Assembly: GCA_963737905.1 (NCBI GenBank)
Contig: CAVTUQ010000014.1
Span: 64,001-128,000 of the forward strand
Reading direction: 5' to 3'
DNA from: an uncultured delta proteobacterium
GTDB taxonomy: Bacteria > Desulfobacterota > Binatia > UBA9968
Length of the DNA: 64,000 bases
Shown here: positions 44,493 through 55,275 of the stretch, one piece after another
Layout: each line of letters begins with the position of its first letter
Numbering within the stretch: the first letter of the stretch is position 1
The notes under the pieces: model-generated
Told to the model about the DNA's origin: nothing
The model's database searches: none
The model's input: only the letters and a program-made list of their open reading frames with translations
Program-made: the position numbers and the translations under genes

Positions 44493-45878
44493 CCTAAGTC
44501 CTATGCTTTATTGCGCTCTCGGGGTTTTGCCCTGAACCCTTCTCAATCAAAAAGTTTCGCCAGTGCGTCAGTCTCCGCACGGCTAACGTCCATCGTCGTG
44601 ATGGCGGTCACGATCGCGCCGATCTTCGCAAACGAAGTTCGCCGCATCATCGATGCTGCCAGACCCCACGTACCGCGCCACTTGCGGGTAAGCACAGATG
44701 GGACGTGTGCGGGTCACCGCGCCGGCAGTAACCCTGGAGGCAATGATCTCCTCCGGGGCCGTGCCCTCCTCGACCCAATCCTCAAGCGCGCTCACCAGGT
44801 CCAACGTATTGGGCCCTCCAGGGTTGGCTCCGCCACAATGTCCCACATTGGGCAATAGGAAGAGTCGGACGAAATCCTCCGTTTTGTCCGGGTGACGCCG
44901 GTTACGATCGGCTTTGGTCCGAATCCTGTTGTAGTAATCAATGGTGTCCACCGGGTTTGGCAGTGGGTCGGATTCACCATGCCACACGATCATCTTGCCG
45001 CCACGCTTATTGAAGGCGGTCAGATCTGGGTTGTCCGCGTTGTGGATGAACTCTAGTGTCTCACCATCGAACTCCTTGTTGAGCGTATATTCGACGTCTC
45101 TGTCGAAAGTGAAGGTCGTGAAGTTATAGTTGGGATCTTCGAAGACCGTATTCTGAAAGAACGTGGTGTATTGTGGATTTGGCACGTCCCCGATCGATTG
45201 TCCCTGATCGAGTTCGCTCGTCCTCGGCACCCCTGGATAGACCTGTTCGCCCGTGGCCAGGTTCACCGGTGGCCCGGCGTACATACATTGGAGGGTTTCG
45301 ACCTGGGGCGCGGTGAGACACGTCGGGTTGTCGGCACCGGTGCAGAGCAAACTCTTGGGCTGGAACTTGCAGCGCCGCGGGTCGTCGACCTGGCCGTCCA
45401 CAAGACCGTCCAGGTGGTCGCAGGCCGCTATTACCGCCTTGAAGATTGCCGGCAGCTTGCCGACCGGGATGGCGTGCGCGCCGGTCGGATCCTCATGATT
45501 GCACTGCCAGGTCCAGACATGCCGCGATCGCAGTTGGAGCACCCGGTAGACAGGTGAGCCAGCGATGATGCCATCGTAGTCGTCGGGGTAGCGCTGGGCC
45601 TCCATGAACGCCTGCCGGCCGCCAGTCGAGCACCCGTTGAAGTAGGAACGCTCGGGATCGGCTCCGTAGAAGCCGTTGATGATCGCTTTGGACTTCAACG
45701 TGAGCTCGTGAATCGATCGATAGCCGTAGTCCTTGATCTGCTGCGCGTTGGTCCACCAGGGATCGCCAGGGGCGTTGGAGCTGTGCCCAGTGTCCGTAGA
45801 TGCTGTGGCATAATTGCGACTGAGCGCGGTTTGCATGTCCGAGAAGCTAATCGATCCGGCCAGGCCGCCGTTGCCGAC
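44493..45878. repeat. Near-identical duplication of 62615..64000 (continues past the window edge)
   Basis: Offset 18122 bp; about 10 substitutions noticed in 1386 bp. Confidence 0.95.
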
Positions 45879-46169
45879 TGCCTGGAATTTCCCGTTCCAG
45901 TCTACCGTCGGTATCCAGACTTCGAAGAGGATCGCCGGCGTTATGACCCCTCTCACCCGACAGATGGGAAGCGCAATATTGCCGACCGGGGACGGATTCG
46001 GGCCCGCTGGCAGGGACTCGACAAGCATGATGGTTGTTTCGGGTAAGTTCAGGGCCGCGAATGTCTCGAGGGTGCAGGGCGCAGTCGTAGCTGCGACCGG
46101 CTCCGGAGCGAGCGCGCCCGTTGCAATCATGGCGATGGAGAGAACAATGAGAAAGAAGCGGCGACTCAT
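44583..46169 (-). CDS. Secreted tannase/feruloyl-esterase-family alpha/beta hydrolase, copy A
   Basis: Signal peptide, WNGKF, GNGG, TDTGH, GCSTGG, WHGESD, VGHCGG, RPICAYP; GGAGG RBS. Confidence 0.92.
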   Translation of the reverse strand: MSRRFFLIVLSIAMIATGALAPEPVAATTAPCTLETFAALNLPETTIMLVESLPAGPNPSPVGNIALPICRVRGVITPAILFEVWIPTVDWNGKFQAVGNGGLAGSISFSDMQTALSRNYATASTDTGHSSNAPGDPWWTNAQQIKDYGYRSIHELTLKSKAIINGFYGADPERSYFNGCSTGGRQAFMEAQRYPDDYDGIIAGSPVYRVLQLRSRHVWTWQCNHEDPTGAHAIPVGKLPAIFKAVIAACDHLDGLVDGQVDDPRRCKFQPKSLLCTGADNPTCLTAPQVETLQCMYAGPPVNLATGEQVYPGVPRTSELDQGQSIGDVPNPQYTTFFQNTVFEDPNYNFTTFTFDRDVEYTLNKEFDGETLEFIHNADNPDLTAFNKRGGKMIVWHGESDPLPNPVDTIDYYNRIRTKADRNRRHPDKTEDFVRLFLLPNVGHCGGANPGGPNTLDLVSALEDWVEEGTAPEEIIASRVTAGAVTRTRPICAYPQVARYVGSGSIDDAANFVCEDRRDRDRHHDDGR

Positions 46170-46218
46170 AAGGCACCTCCTACTTTTGGTTGAAGTTTTA
46201 TTTTGGACAAGCGGGCTC

Positions 46219-46261
46219 GTCCAATATTATTTTTCAATGACGGCCATCGGTTTTCCTTATG
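46219..46261 (-). promoter_or_regulatory. Conserved 43-bp LysR-type motif, copy 2
   Basis: Sense cataaggaaaaccgatggccgtcattgaaaaataatattggac. Confidence 0.7.
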
Positions 46262-46429
46262 GCGGATAAGTTCAAAGCAGTCCGCAACCGATCCTACTGA
46301 GACTGCAACCCGCACTTTGCCACTCATCGTTGCACCCGATAATCGCAAATGTAAAACTCAACAACTCAAGACACGATTCGTTTTACAGGGATTTGAAAAA
46401 GATGATAAGGACTCACAAAGAGCAAAACG

Positions 46430-47542
46430 ATGCGAGCTAACCACATCGTAAGGAGGGTGGCATCTATGCATCCAGCTAAACCCCATACGATCTACGGAGT
46501 CCATGGAGGATGGGCTTGGTCGATTTTTCTGATTCCTGCACTTTTATTTGCCGTGCCGTATGTCCGTGCTCAGAGTACGGCGAGCGAGCCTCTGGCAGAG
46601 GTAAATCGGGAGACGATCACCACCGAGGAACTGAACCGCGCCCTCGGCTCCAGGCTCTCGCAGCTTGAAGAGCAGATTTACAATCTCAAAAGTAGAGAAC
46701 TCGATGCCCTAATCGCGCAACGCCTTTTAGCCCAGGAAGCGGCAAAACGGGGGATTTCGGTACCGACGTTGTTGGACGCGGAGGTAACGGCGAAAGTCGG
46801 GTTGGTCACCGAAAAGGAGATCGAAGACTTTTATCAAGCGAACAAGGCCCGCATACGCGGAGACGAAGGCGACACACGGCAAAAAATTCGTGCCTTCCTT
46901 CAACAACAGAAGTTAGCCGCTCAGCGGGATTTTTTTGTCCAATCGTTGCGCTCGCACGGTAAGGTTGTTGTCCACCTTCAGCCTTCCCCCGTCATTCGCG
47001 TTGATATAGCGGTCGAGAGTGCACCCATTCGCGGTGCGACCGAGGCTCCGGTGACTCTTGTGGAATTCTCCGACTTTGAGTGCCCGTTCTGCAAGCAAAC
47101 GCAGGCGACGCTAAAACAGCTGCTTGATCGCTATCCGGGCAAGCTGCGGCTCGCCTACCGGGATTTTCCGCTGGAGGCAATTCATCCGCAGGCGCGCCGC
47201 GCCGCAGAGGCCACCCGGTGCGCCCAGGACCAGGGGAAGTTTTGGGACTATCACGACATTCTTTTTACAGAGGCCCCTAAACTGGCTCCCGATGATTTAA
47301 AGCGATACGCTGCGCAGGTCGGGCTCGACGTCATAAAGTTCGAAACCTGCTTATCACACGGTGTCCATATAGCCGCGGTGCAACAAGACATTGATGATGG
47401 TAACCGCCTCGGCATTACCGGCACCCCGGCTTTCTTCATCAACGGACGACCCTTGCAAGGCGCCCAGCCTCTCGAGGCTTTCGCGCGAGTGATTGAGGAC
47501 GAGCTCACGCGCTTAGCGACTTCGCAGAGCCGCCCTCGTTAA
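46430..47542 (+). CDS. DsbA-family thioredoxin with SurA-like N-terminal helical domain
   Basis: EFSDFECPFC, RDFPL, GITGTP, GAQP; start probably slightly downstream. Confidence 0.88.
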   Translation: MRANHIVRRVASMHPAKPHTIYGVHGGWAWSIFLIPALLFAVPYVRAQSTASEPLAEVNRETITTEELNRALGSRLSQLEEQIYNLKSRELDALIAQRLLAQEAAKRGISVPTLLDAEVTAKVGLVTEKEIEDFYQANKARIRGDEGDTRQKIRAFLQQQKLAAQRDFFVQSLRSHGKVVVHLQPSPVIRVDIAVESAPIRGATEAPVTLVEFSDFECPFCKQTQATLKQLLDRYPGKLRLAYRDFPLEAIHPQARRAAEATRCAQDQGKFWDYHDILFTEAPKLAPDDLKRYAAQVGLDVIKFETCLSHGVHIAAVQQDIDDGNRLGITGTPAFFINGRPLQGAQPLEAFARVIEDELTRLATSQSRPR

Positions 47543-48020
47543 ATCGTCAATCGGTGTTCGATAAACGCGATCCGTTACGACCCAATATGGATACTCGTGC
47601 GGCTATAGTCCTTATCTCTTCCTTCTTGATACATGTCCACCTGAGTCGTTCCAAGTTAAAACCATAGAGAGTTTTAGTTTGAGTTCCGCGCCACGGTCTC
47701 GGGTTTTCCATTCCATTCAAAACTTGGAAATAGGCACGGAAGACTTTACAACTGCAAAGCTCGGAGATGATCTTGGAGAGCTCACGGTCGCGCCCGGTTC
47801 AACCGCCTTGCTCCCATTCCAGCTGTTCCGCGAGCCATACGCGAGCACGAGGCAATGCGCTCGCGCATCACGCTGCCGGTGTTCGTCGCACGGCATTGAG
47901 GCGCTTAGCAAAATCGGCCAGAGATCCAATTAGGGCTTCCCGTCAAGCCTGCACTTTAGCGCCGGCAGAGGCCATGCCGTGAAAAGTTGAATGGCTAGCC
48001 ACCAGCCTCATACCACTAGC

Positions 48021-48063
48021 CATAAGAAAAGCTAATGCCGGCCATTCAAGAATAATATTAGAC
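48021..48063 (+). promoter_or_regulatory. Conserved 43-bp LysR-type motif, copy 3
   Basis: cataagaaaagctaatgccggccattcaagaataatattagac. Confidence 0.7.
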
Positions 48064-48114
48064 GTCGCCCGTTGCTCCTCCATATATTCAAGAAAAATTC
48101 GGCGGAGGTGAGTC

Positions 48115-49725
48115 ATGCATCGTCACTTCAAGTTTCCTGTCGTCTCGGCGGTTCTGCTCGTGATTGCAGTGTTTGTCTCAACCCCGGCCGGAGCAGACGA
48201 CTTTCGGAATCATCGGCCGCATCAGATTTCGTGCGGGGATCTTGCGAACCTCAACCTCCCGGACACCATCATCATGTCGGCGGAAGAAGTTCCGGCCGGC
48301 CCGTTCCCCTTCGGCAATGTGGCACCGACCTGCTCGTCGGACATCGCCTCACCGCAGCTGCCGGCGTTCTGCCGCGTCCAGGGCACGATCGGGCCGGGGC
48401 AGATCAACTTCGAGGTGTGGCTGCCGCTCGAGGGCTGGAACGGCAAGTTCGAGGGCCTCGGCAACCACGGCTTCGCCGGAAACATTGAATACTCAGATAT
48501 GGGCCCCGAGCTCGTGAAGGGATATGCGGTAGCCGGTACCGATACCGGCCACGCCGGCAGCGCTCCTCTCCCCTGGATGCAGAATGAGCAGCAAATCAAC
48601 GATTATGGCTCTCGCGGCATCCACGAGATGACCGTGAAGAGTAAGGCCATCATCGAGGCGTTCTACGGCAAGCCGCCGAAGTACTCTTACTTCAACGGCT
48701 GCTCGACCGGTGGCAAAGAAGGATTGATGGAAGCGCAGCGCTATCCCAAGGATTACGACGGCATCAACGTGGGAGGCTCCGCCAACTTCGCGCAGATCCA
48801 CAACCGCGTGCAGTACGTGTGGAACGGGCAGGTAACGTTCGGCAGGGGGGTACCGCTTGCGGGCTCTACGCTCGCGCTCATCAATGACGCGGCCGTGGCG
48901 GCGTGCGACGATCTCGACGGCGTCGTGGACGGCGTAATCGATGATCCGCGTAGCTGCCCCTTTGAGCCGGCGAGCCTTCTGTGCAGTTCTGGTCAAGACC
49001 CCAATACCTGCCTGACAGCGGCGCAGGTCGACGCGGTGGAAAAGGTTTACGAGGGGCCGCGCAACCCGAGAACCGGCGAGGAGATCTATCCGGGCCTGGT
49101 GCGCGGCAGCGAGCGCGGCTGGGGCGGGCACACCGCTGGGCCGAACATCTTCAGCACGGCTGATCAGTTCTTCAAATTCATGGTGTACAACGATCCGAAT
49201 TGGGATTACAGGACGTTCGATTTCGACAGCGACCTCGCTTATACCGACGCGAACTTCTCGCAACTGCTCGACGCGATCGATCCCGACCTTAGCGCTTTCA
49301 GGAAGCACGGCGGCAAGATCCTATACTCCCATCTCTGGAGTAGCACGACTCACACGGCAACCCGCAGCATCGAGTATTACGAGGACGTCGTGTCCTTTCT
49401 CCGCGGACGGAGAGATCGTCGCGACGAGGCCCTCGAGAAGACACGGGAGTTCTTCCGGCTGTTCATGGCGCCGAGCGGAAGCGGCAGCAACGGGCCCGAC
49501 ACTTTCGACTCGCTTCCCTATCTCGAGCGATGGGTCGAGCGAGGCATCCCCCCAAAGAGCATCCTCGCTTCGCACAAGACCAGCGACGTAGTGGATCGTA
49601 CGCGACCCCTCTGCCCGTATCCCGAGGTTGCCGTGTACAAGGGTAGCGGCAACACCGATGAGGCGGCGAACTTCGTTTGCCGAGACCCGCGCGACCGCGA
49701 CCGCCATCACGACGACGGACGCTGA
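48115..49725 (+). CDS. Secreted tannase/feruloyl-esterase-family protein with atypical catalytic residues
   Basis: Signal peptide, WNGKF, TDTGH, GCSTGG, RPLCPYP; the HGxxD and GHC motifs read HLWSSTTH and PSGSGS. Confidence 0.88.
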   Translation: MHRHFKFPVVSAVLLVIAVFVSTPAGADDFRNHRPHQISCGDLANLNLPDTIIMSAEEVPAGPFPFGNVAPTCSSDIASPQLPAFCRVQGTIGPGQINFEVWLPLEGWNGKFEGLGNHGFAGNIEYSDMGPELVKGYAVAGTDTGHAGSAPLPWMQNEQQINDYGSRGIHEMTVKSKAIIEAFYGKPPKYSYFNGCSTGGKEGLMEAQRYPKDYDGINVGGSANFAQIHNRVQYVWNGQVTFGRGVPLAGSTLALINDAAVAACDDLDGVVDGVIDDPRSCPFEPASLLCSSGQDPNTCLTAAQVDAVEKVYEGPRNPRTGEEIYPGLVRGSERGWGGHTAGPNIFSTADQFFKFMVYNDPNWDYRTFDFDSDLAYTDANFSQLLDAIDPDLSAFRKHGGKILYSHLWSSTTHTATRSIEYYEDVVSFLRGRRDRRDEALEKTREFFRLFMAPSGSGSNGPDTFDSLPYLERWVERGIPPKSILASHKTSDVVDRTRPLCPYPEVAVYKGSGNTDEAANFVCRDPRDRDRHHDDGR

Positions 49726-49765
49726 TCAGCCGGGCCGCGAAACGGTATCGCTACGAGCACAGGAG

Positions 49766-50017
49766 GAGACGATCGCTGGTCTGAGTCGATCGCGATCGGC
49801 AGCGAGGGATTTGGTTGAGCAAGTGAAAAATGAATTGGGCTTCAGAGCACAACATCGCCAGGTTGCCGTGGCGGACGGTTTGTATACTCTTCGAGAGCCG
49901 GTGCCGCCTTATGGCGACCATTTCGATAGGGAAAATGAGACTCTAAGGCCAAATAACACCGTTCCCTGGCAAACAAACCTTGAAACAACAGAGGCTTAGC
50001 CTGGTCCGACCCCAACG
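49766..50017 (+). mobile_element. 3' fragment of a RAYT/IS200-like Y1 transposase gene with its GGTCCGACCCC end, copy 1
   Basis: Encodes RWSESIAIGS..VEQVK.ELG...YTLRE...YGDHFDREN; repeated at 58604 and 62291. Confidence 0.7.
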
Positions 50018-50105
50018 CCAGGTGGGGAGACATCGGCGCTGGAGCCCAGATATCCAACGGAATACGGAGTGCAATCGTGTCGATCGGTGTGATTGTCTCT
50101 TCCAT
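50018..50105 (-). pseudogene. N-terminal stub of a mandelate racemase/enolase-superfamily gene cut at the RAYT end
   Basis: MEETITPIDTIALRIPLDIWAPAPMS then runs straight into the repeat. Confidence 0.4.
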
Positions 50106-50284
50106 AGTCTCATGATTCAAAGCAGGAATTCCTGAAAATGTCGAGCGACATCACTACCCGGCGGCGCGGCATGTTCCCGGCTATCCTGCGTTAGTATAAT
50201 TAGGCAATGGTAGACAGTAATGCTATGACGCTAATGTTAATGCTTCTTCTGAAACAGGTTGAACCGATTGGACAGCTGGAACGT

Positions 50285-51274
50285 CTATTTTCCCCTTCCC
50301 TTCCTCTCCTGCGCCAGCTGCTCAAGAAAAGATAAATCCAACAACTCGTTCACGTTGAGTTTCATCCCGGAGAGATTTTTGTCGTTGGCGATGACATTTT
50401 CCATCGCTTTAGCCGTAACGATAGGCAGTCCCGGCGTTACCCGGCTATAAACCATGCGGGTTTCCTCCAGCTCTTCGGTGTTGTTGGAGCGGTAGTATTC
50501 ACCAAGGTATTTGAGCACGCGGTCCTTGTTTTTATTGTCGCGATAAAAATCCATCCCATCGGCCAAACCGCGCATAAAATTCATCACCGTCTGCCGGTCG
50601 GATCGAATGAACGACCATGTTGTGACCGGTCCGGCGACAGTGTATTCGAAGTCTTCCTTTGAGAAGTCGAGAAAGATCGGATAATTCGCTTTACGCGCTT
50701 TCAGCGTAAATGGCGATTGCAGCAGGGTCGCTTGAACTTGCCCGGAAACGAGCGCCGTCCAACGGTCGCCCTGTCCACCAGCACCGACAATCTGCACATC
50801 TTTATCCGGCGTTAACCCCAAGCGCCGAAGCGCTAACCGGGCAATAAAATCCGTGCTGGAGCCCAATTGACTGACCGCAAGTCTCTTGCCCTTGAGATCT
50901 TCCGGCTGTTTGATCAATGGATGCGCCGCCAAAATGTAATCCAAGCGATTACCGACCGCGCCGATAAATTGTAACTCCTTCGCCCCCTGCGCCCACGCAG
51001 CCACCACCGTCGAAGCGCCCTGTAATTGCATCAGCAGATCACCGGAGAGCGCCGCCTGAATGCCCATCAACCCGCCGCGTATGTAGATCGGCTCGAGCTT
51101 TAACCTGTACTTTTCAAACGAACCCGCGCGATACGCAACCCAAAAGTAACTAGACGAACCACCAAGAGGATACCCGACCTTGAGTTCTCTCATCTTGGTA
51201 CTCTGGGCAAAAACAAAGTTCGGAAGAAGAACGAAAATGCAGCACATCAGATATAAAAGTCTTTTAATTTTCAT
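50285..51274 (-). CDS. ABC substrate-binding protein, NMT1/SsuA-like
   Basis: Signal peptide, DLKGKRLAVSQLGSSTD, ALVSGQVQA, LDLSFL. Confidence 0.88.
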   Translation of the reverse strand: MKIKRLLYLMCCIFVLLPNFVFAQSTKMRELKVGYPLGGSSSYFWVAYRAGSFEKYRLKLEPIYIRGGLMGIQAALSGDLLMQLQGASTVVAAWAQGAKELQFIGAVGNRLDYILAAHPLIKQPEDLKGKRLAVSQLGSSTDFIARLALRRLGLTPDKDVQIVGAGGQGDRWTALVSGQVQATLLQSPFTLKARKANYPIFLDFSKEDFEYTVAGPVTTWSFIRSDRQTVMNFMRGLADGMDFYRDNKNKDRVLKYLGEYYRSNNTEELEETRMVYSRVTPGLPIVTAKAMENVIANDKNLSGMKLNVNELLDLSFLEQLAQERKGRGK

Positions 51275-51554
51275 TTCACCTCCGCAGGGGGGGACAAGAG
51301 CGGGTTCAGTCCAAAATCGGCAATCAAAAAATCAAAATTCGACGTTGCTTCGAAAGTAGGTGCTAAGGTGAGTTTTCAGCTGAGAATCAAGCCTTTGGAT
51401 GATGAAGAACCGAAGGTGCTGTTTAGCGACGCTAAAAGAATGTGCTCAACCTCTTGGTCCGCCGCCAAGCATAAAACCCCGGCGCGTCAATGGCATGGCA
51501 AGAAGAGAATTTCCCCATCTGCTGTATGCCCGCGCTTTTCAAAAAGGCCGCCCA

Positions 51555-51785
51555 ATGGCCTTGGCCAACGGGATGGTGTCAGGAAACCTTCGCACCGGAG
51601 TCTTGCCGTAGCACTCTCGATAGCAAGATCATGCTCTTCAAAAAAACAGCAGCACTCGGTCATTCCGGTCATTGAGGATATCCTTAGCCGTAATCGGAGT
51701 CTTACAATCATAGAGTTTGGCAAAGGCCACCTTGCTGTAAGTATCAATGAATGTCTGGTTGATATCCGCCTGCGCCTTCCAGGTG
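51555..51785 (-). mobile_element. Internally deleted IS481-family transposase remnant
   Basis: Minus-strand frames give QTFIDTYSKVAFAKLYDCKTPITAKDILNDR..VLLFFEEH and FPDTIPLAK. Confidence 0.7.
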
Positions 51786-51805
51786 TACCAGTCCGATCAC
51801 TGGCC

Positions 51806-53657
51806 TTAGCGGTGGCCTCCCCGATCGCCCCCATCGTGCTTGCCGTCGTCCCTGTGATCTTCACGGTGGCCGGCGCCCTTCCCGATCCTCCCTACGCAGC
51901 GAAAGTTGGCGGCATCGTTGATATCACCGGAACCCTTATAACGGGCCTGTTTCGGATACGGGCAGAGCGGACGGCTGCGTGATTCCACTCCAAAGTAGCC
52001 GGGGTCGCTCGCCGTTGCTACAACGCTATCCGGCGCGACGCCGTTTTCTACCCAATTGACAACCTCTGGAAACATCTCGAAGTCATCCGTTGAAGGCCCA
52101 CCACTACAGTGATTCATGCCCGGCACCACAAACATTCTTGCAAATTTGGCGACATTACCGCTCTCCTTGGCATTCACATCGTTGTACCAGTCAATTGTTG
52201 CGTTAACTGAAAACGCGCCGTCCGCTCCACCTTGGTAAACGATCAATTTGCCGCCGTGAGCCTTAAACCCAGACAGGTCGGTGGAGTCGATTGATCCCAG
52301 ATCAGCCGCCGACACCGTATATATCCCCGCTGTTTCGTTTACCCTCTCAAGAAAGGTATCAAAATCGAAACTTAGCTGGAACGGAACACAGTCGTTGGCG
52401 GTAACAAAAGGCAGCACCGGATAGGCAGTATACCTAAGCGCGGATGATGCACAGCTCCTAGTTACCCTCTGGGCATTGTTGGTAGTCGCGTTAAAGGAAC
52501 GAAGCACCCAAGAGCGCCAGCCTTGGTTAAAGGTCGAACCTGACTGACCACCGATACCCGGATCCCACGGCCAGTCGGAATACAGCTGCGTTCCTTGAGA
52601 GTCCTTCATCCCAGCCATCACGGTCTGGAGCGCCTCAACCTGATTCACCGCTAGGCAACTGCTGGTTTTCGCTTCCGTGCACGTCAGCGCTGCCAATTCG
52701 GTGTTCACCAATTGTGACGTACATGCCGGCATGTTGTCGACAATACCGTCTTCAAGCCCATCCAGCCTGTCGCACGCCGCTAAAACGGCATTCCTTATCA
52801 ATAGCAGATCCTGGTCGGTGTAGGTCTTGTTGATAAGCGGGTTGCCGGCGGAGTCAAAACTCGTCGCAATCTTAGCGAACACTTGTGTGGCATAAGCGCC
52901 ATTAGCCGACGAGAATGCCGCAGAATCCGGGATCGCCTGTGACGATGCCGTCGAAATGTTCGGAAACGTCTGCGCCATCAACATCCCCTCCGCCCCACCT
53001 TCGGAACACCGACAAAATAGGAAAATTTGGGCTTCTTTCCATAATAGAGGTAAAACGAACTCTTTACCCACTCGAACGGTCTGGTCATAAGAGTTGTAAG
53101 AGAAATCGATTCTGCCTGTGGATCGATGGAGAATACGTTAGTCCGCCTACATTGGGATCGTTTTGGTCGCACTATCATGTCCGGAATCCGTCCGATCGTG
53201 ACGAAGCCTTGCGGCAAAACACTCGTCGGATCTACAACGGTACCGTTCTCCGCCGCCACCGCCCATGTAGAATCGCTCGTTCCACGCGGTGGGCATGCGG
53301 ACACGGAACTTGATAGCGTAAATCTGTCCACCCACACCTACGCGCTCGTTGATCTTGCCATCGATAAGGCAATGCTCTGGCAGACTCTGGGTAGCCGCGG
53401 TAAGGACGCCGACGTGATAACGACCTTATTTATCGTGAGGCTGGTAAACGCGCTAAGGGAACTGCAGCCGATAATCGGAGTTCGGTAGCGTGTGAGTCTC
53501 TGGAGGTGCCCCGCGATGATCGTCGGATCGCCCTCATTCGCTCCACCGCTTTGAGCAGTACCAGGGACTCTCCATCATGATAATGGCCGCGGCAAGAAAC
53601 CCGAGTAGTCTCACTTGAGTAGAGAAATAGTCACGGTGATCTCCCCCTTGTTTTCAT
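51806..53657 (-). CDS. MHETase-like tannase-family hydrolase; 5' third broken by roughly ten indels (errors or decay)
   Basis: Reconstructed LPEHC, YAIKFRVRMPTAWN, DPQARID.SYNSYDQ, GCSEGGREG, PLINK, NQGWRSW, NNAQRV, DGAFS, VPGMNHCSGGP, PGYFGV..RPLCPYP; ATG 53657 with GGAGGA RBS. Confidence 0.8.
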
Positions 53658-53881
53658 ATTCCTCCTTTTCATTTGTTATCCGAGAGCATCTCAGCTTTTT
53701 GTCAGTAGAACGATCGTCAATTTTGCTCCGCTCTCCTCATTTTTTTCCGTCGTTGCGTATATCCTGCTACAGTAAATGAATCTTCTGTCCACTACATTTT
53801 TACTTAACTTTATCTTTTGGATTGTTCCTATTCCTGCGTTTGGGTATAGTCTCCGTCGATTGATCCGGGGACTAGGACATA

Positions 53882-54740
<859 letters not shown>

Positions 54741-55158
54741 ACGTTGCCTGCAGGACTCTCCTCAAGGCGATATGATGGTCCGGGCGGAAGAACTCCGGGT
54801 CGAGCCAAGGCAATTCATCGATTTCACAACATTAAGATGAAATAAACCCGAATTCCGCAGTAGAAACAATTTAAGGCGGTGCATTGACGGGAGAATGAGG
54901 CGATAAGAGAGGTATCGGAGTCACTATCTTTTGGGATGTGTGTGTGTTTGTTCGTTTAGATTCCATTCCAACTGCGCCGCAATCGGCAGTCCCTCCGCAA
55001 GCGGCGCAAAAATTCCTGGAGCCTTGGAGTCTTGCTTCTTGCAATCAATCCTCGCATAGGCTTTCGCTCTCCGCAGGCAACGGGAGTCTTGGAAATCAGC
55101 GCTCGGGATAAGGCTTGTGGTCTTCATTATTCCAAGACTGGCGACGATCTTTTTAATC

Positions 55159-55275
55159 CGATCTTTGAAGTTCATCTCCTTTCCATCTTAGACTCTACGA
55201 TCCGGCATTTCCAACTCACGGTTACATAACCGTTGGTTCCGAAATATTCCTCTATCTCCGGCAAAGTTCGATCGC
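55159..55275 (-). mobile_element. Fragment of a second RAYT family (C-terminal DnaA-like HTH); direct repeat of 57309..57425
   Basis: RTLPEIEEYFGTNGYVTVSWKCR; 117-bp copies about 90% identical. Confidence 0.55.
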
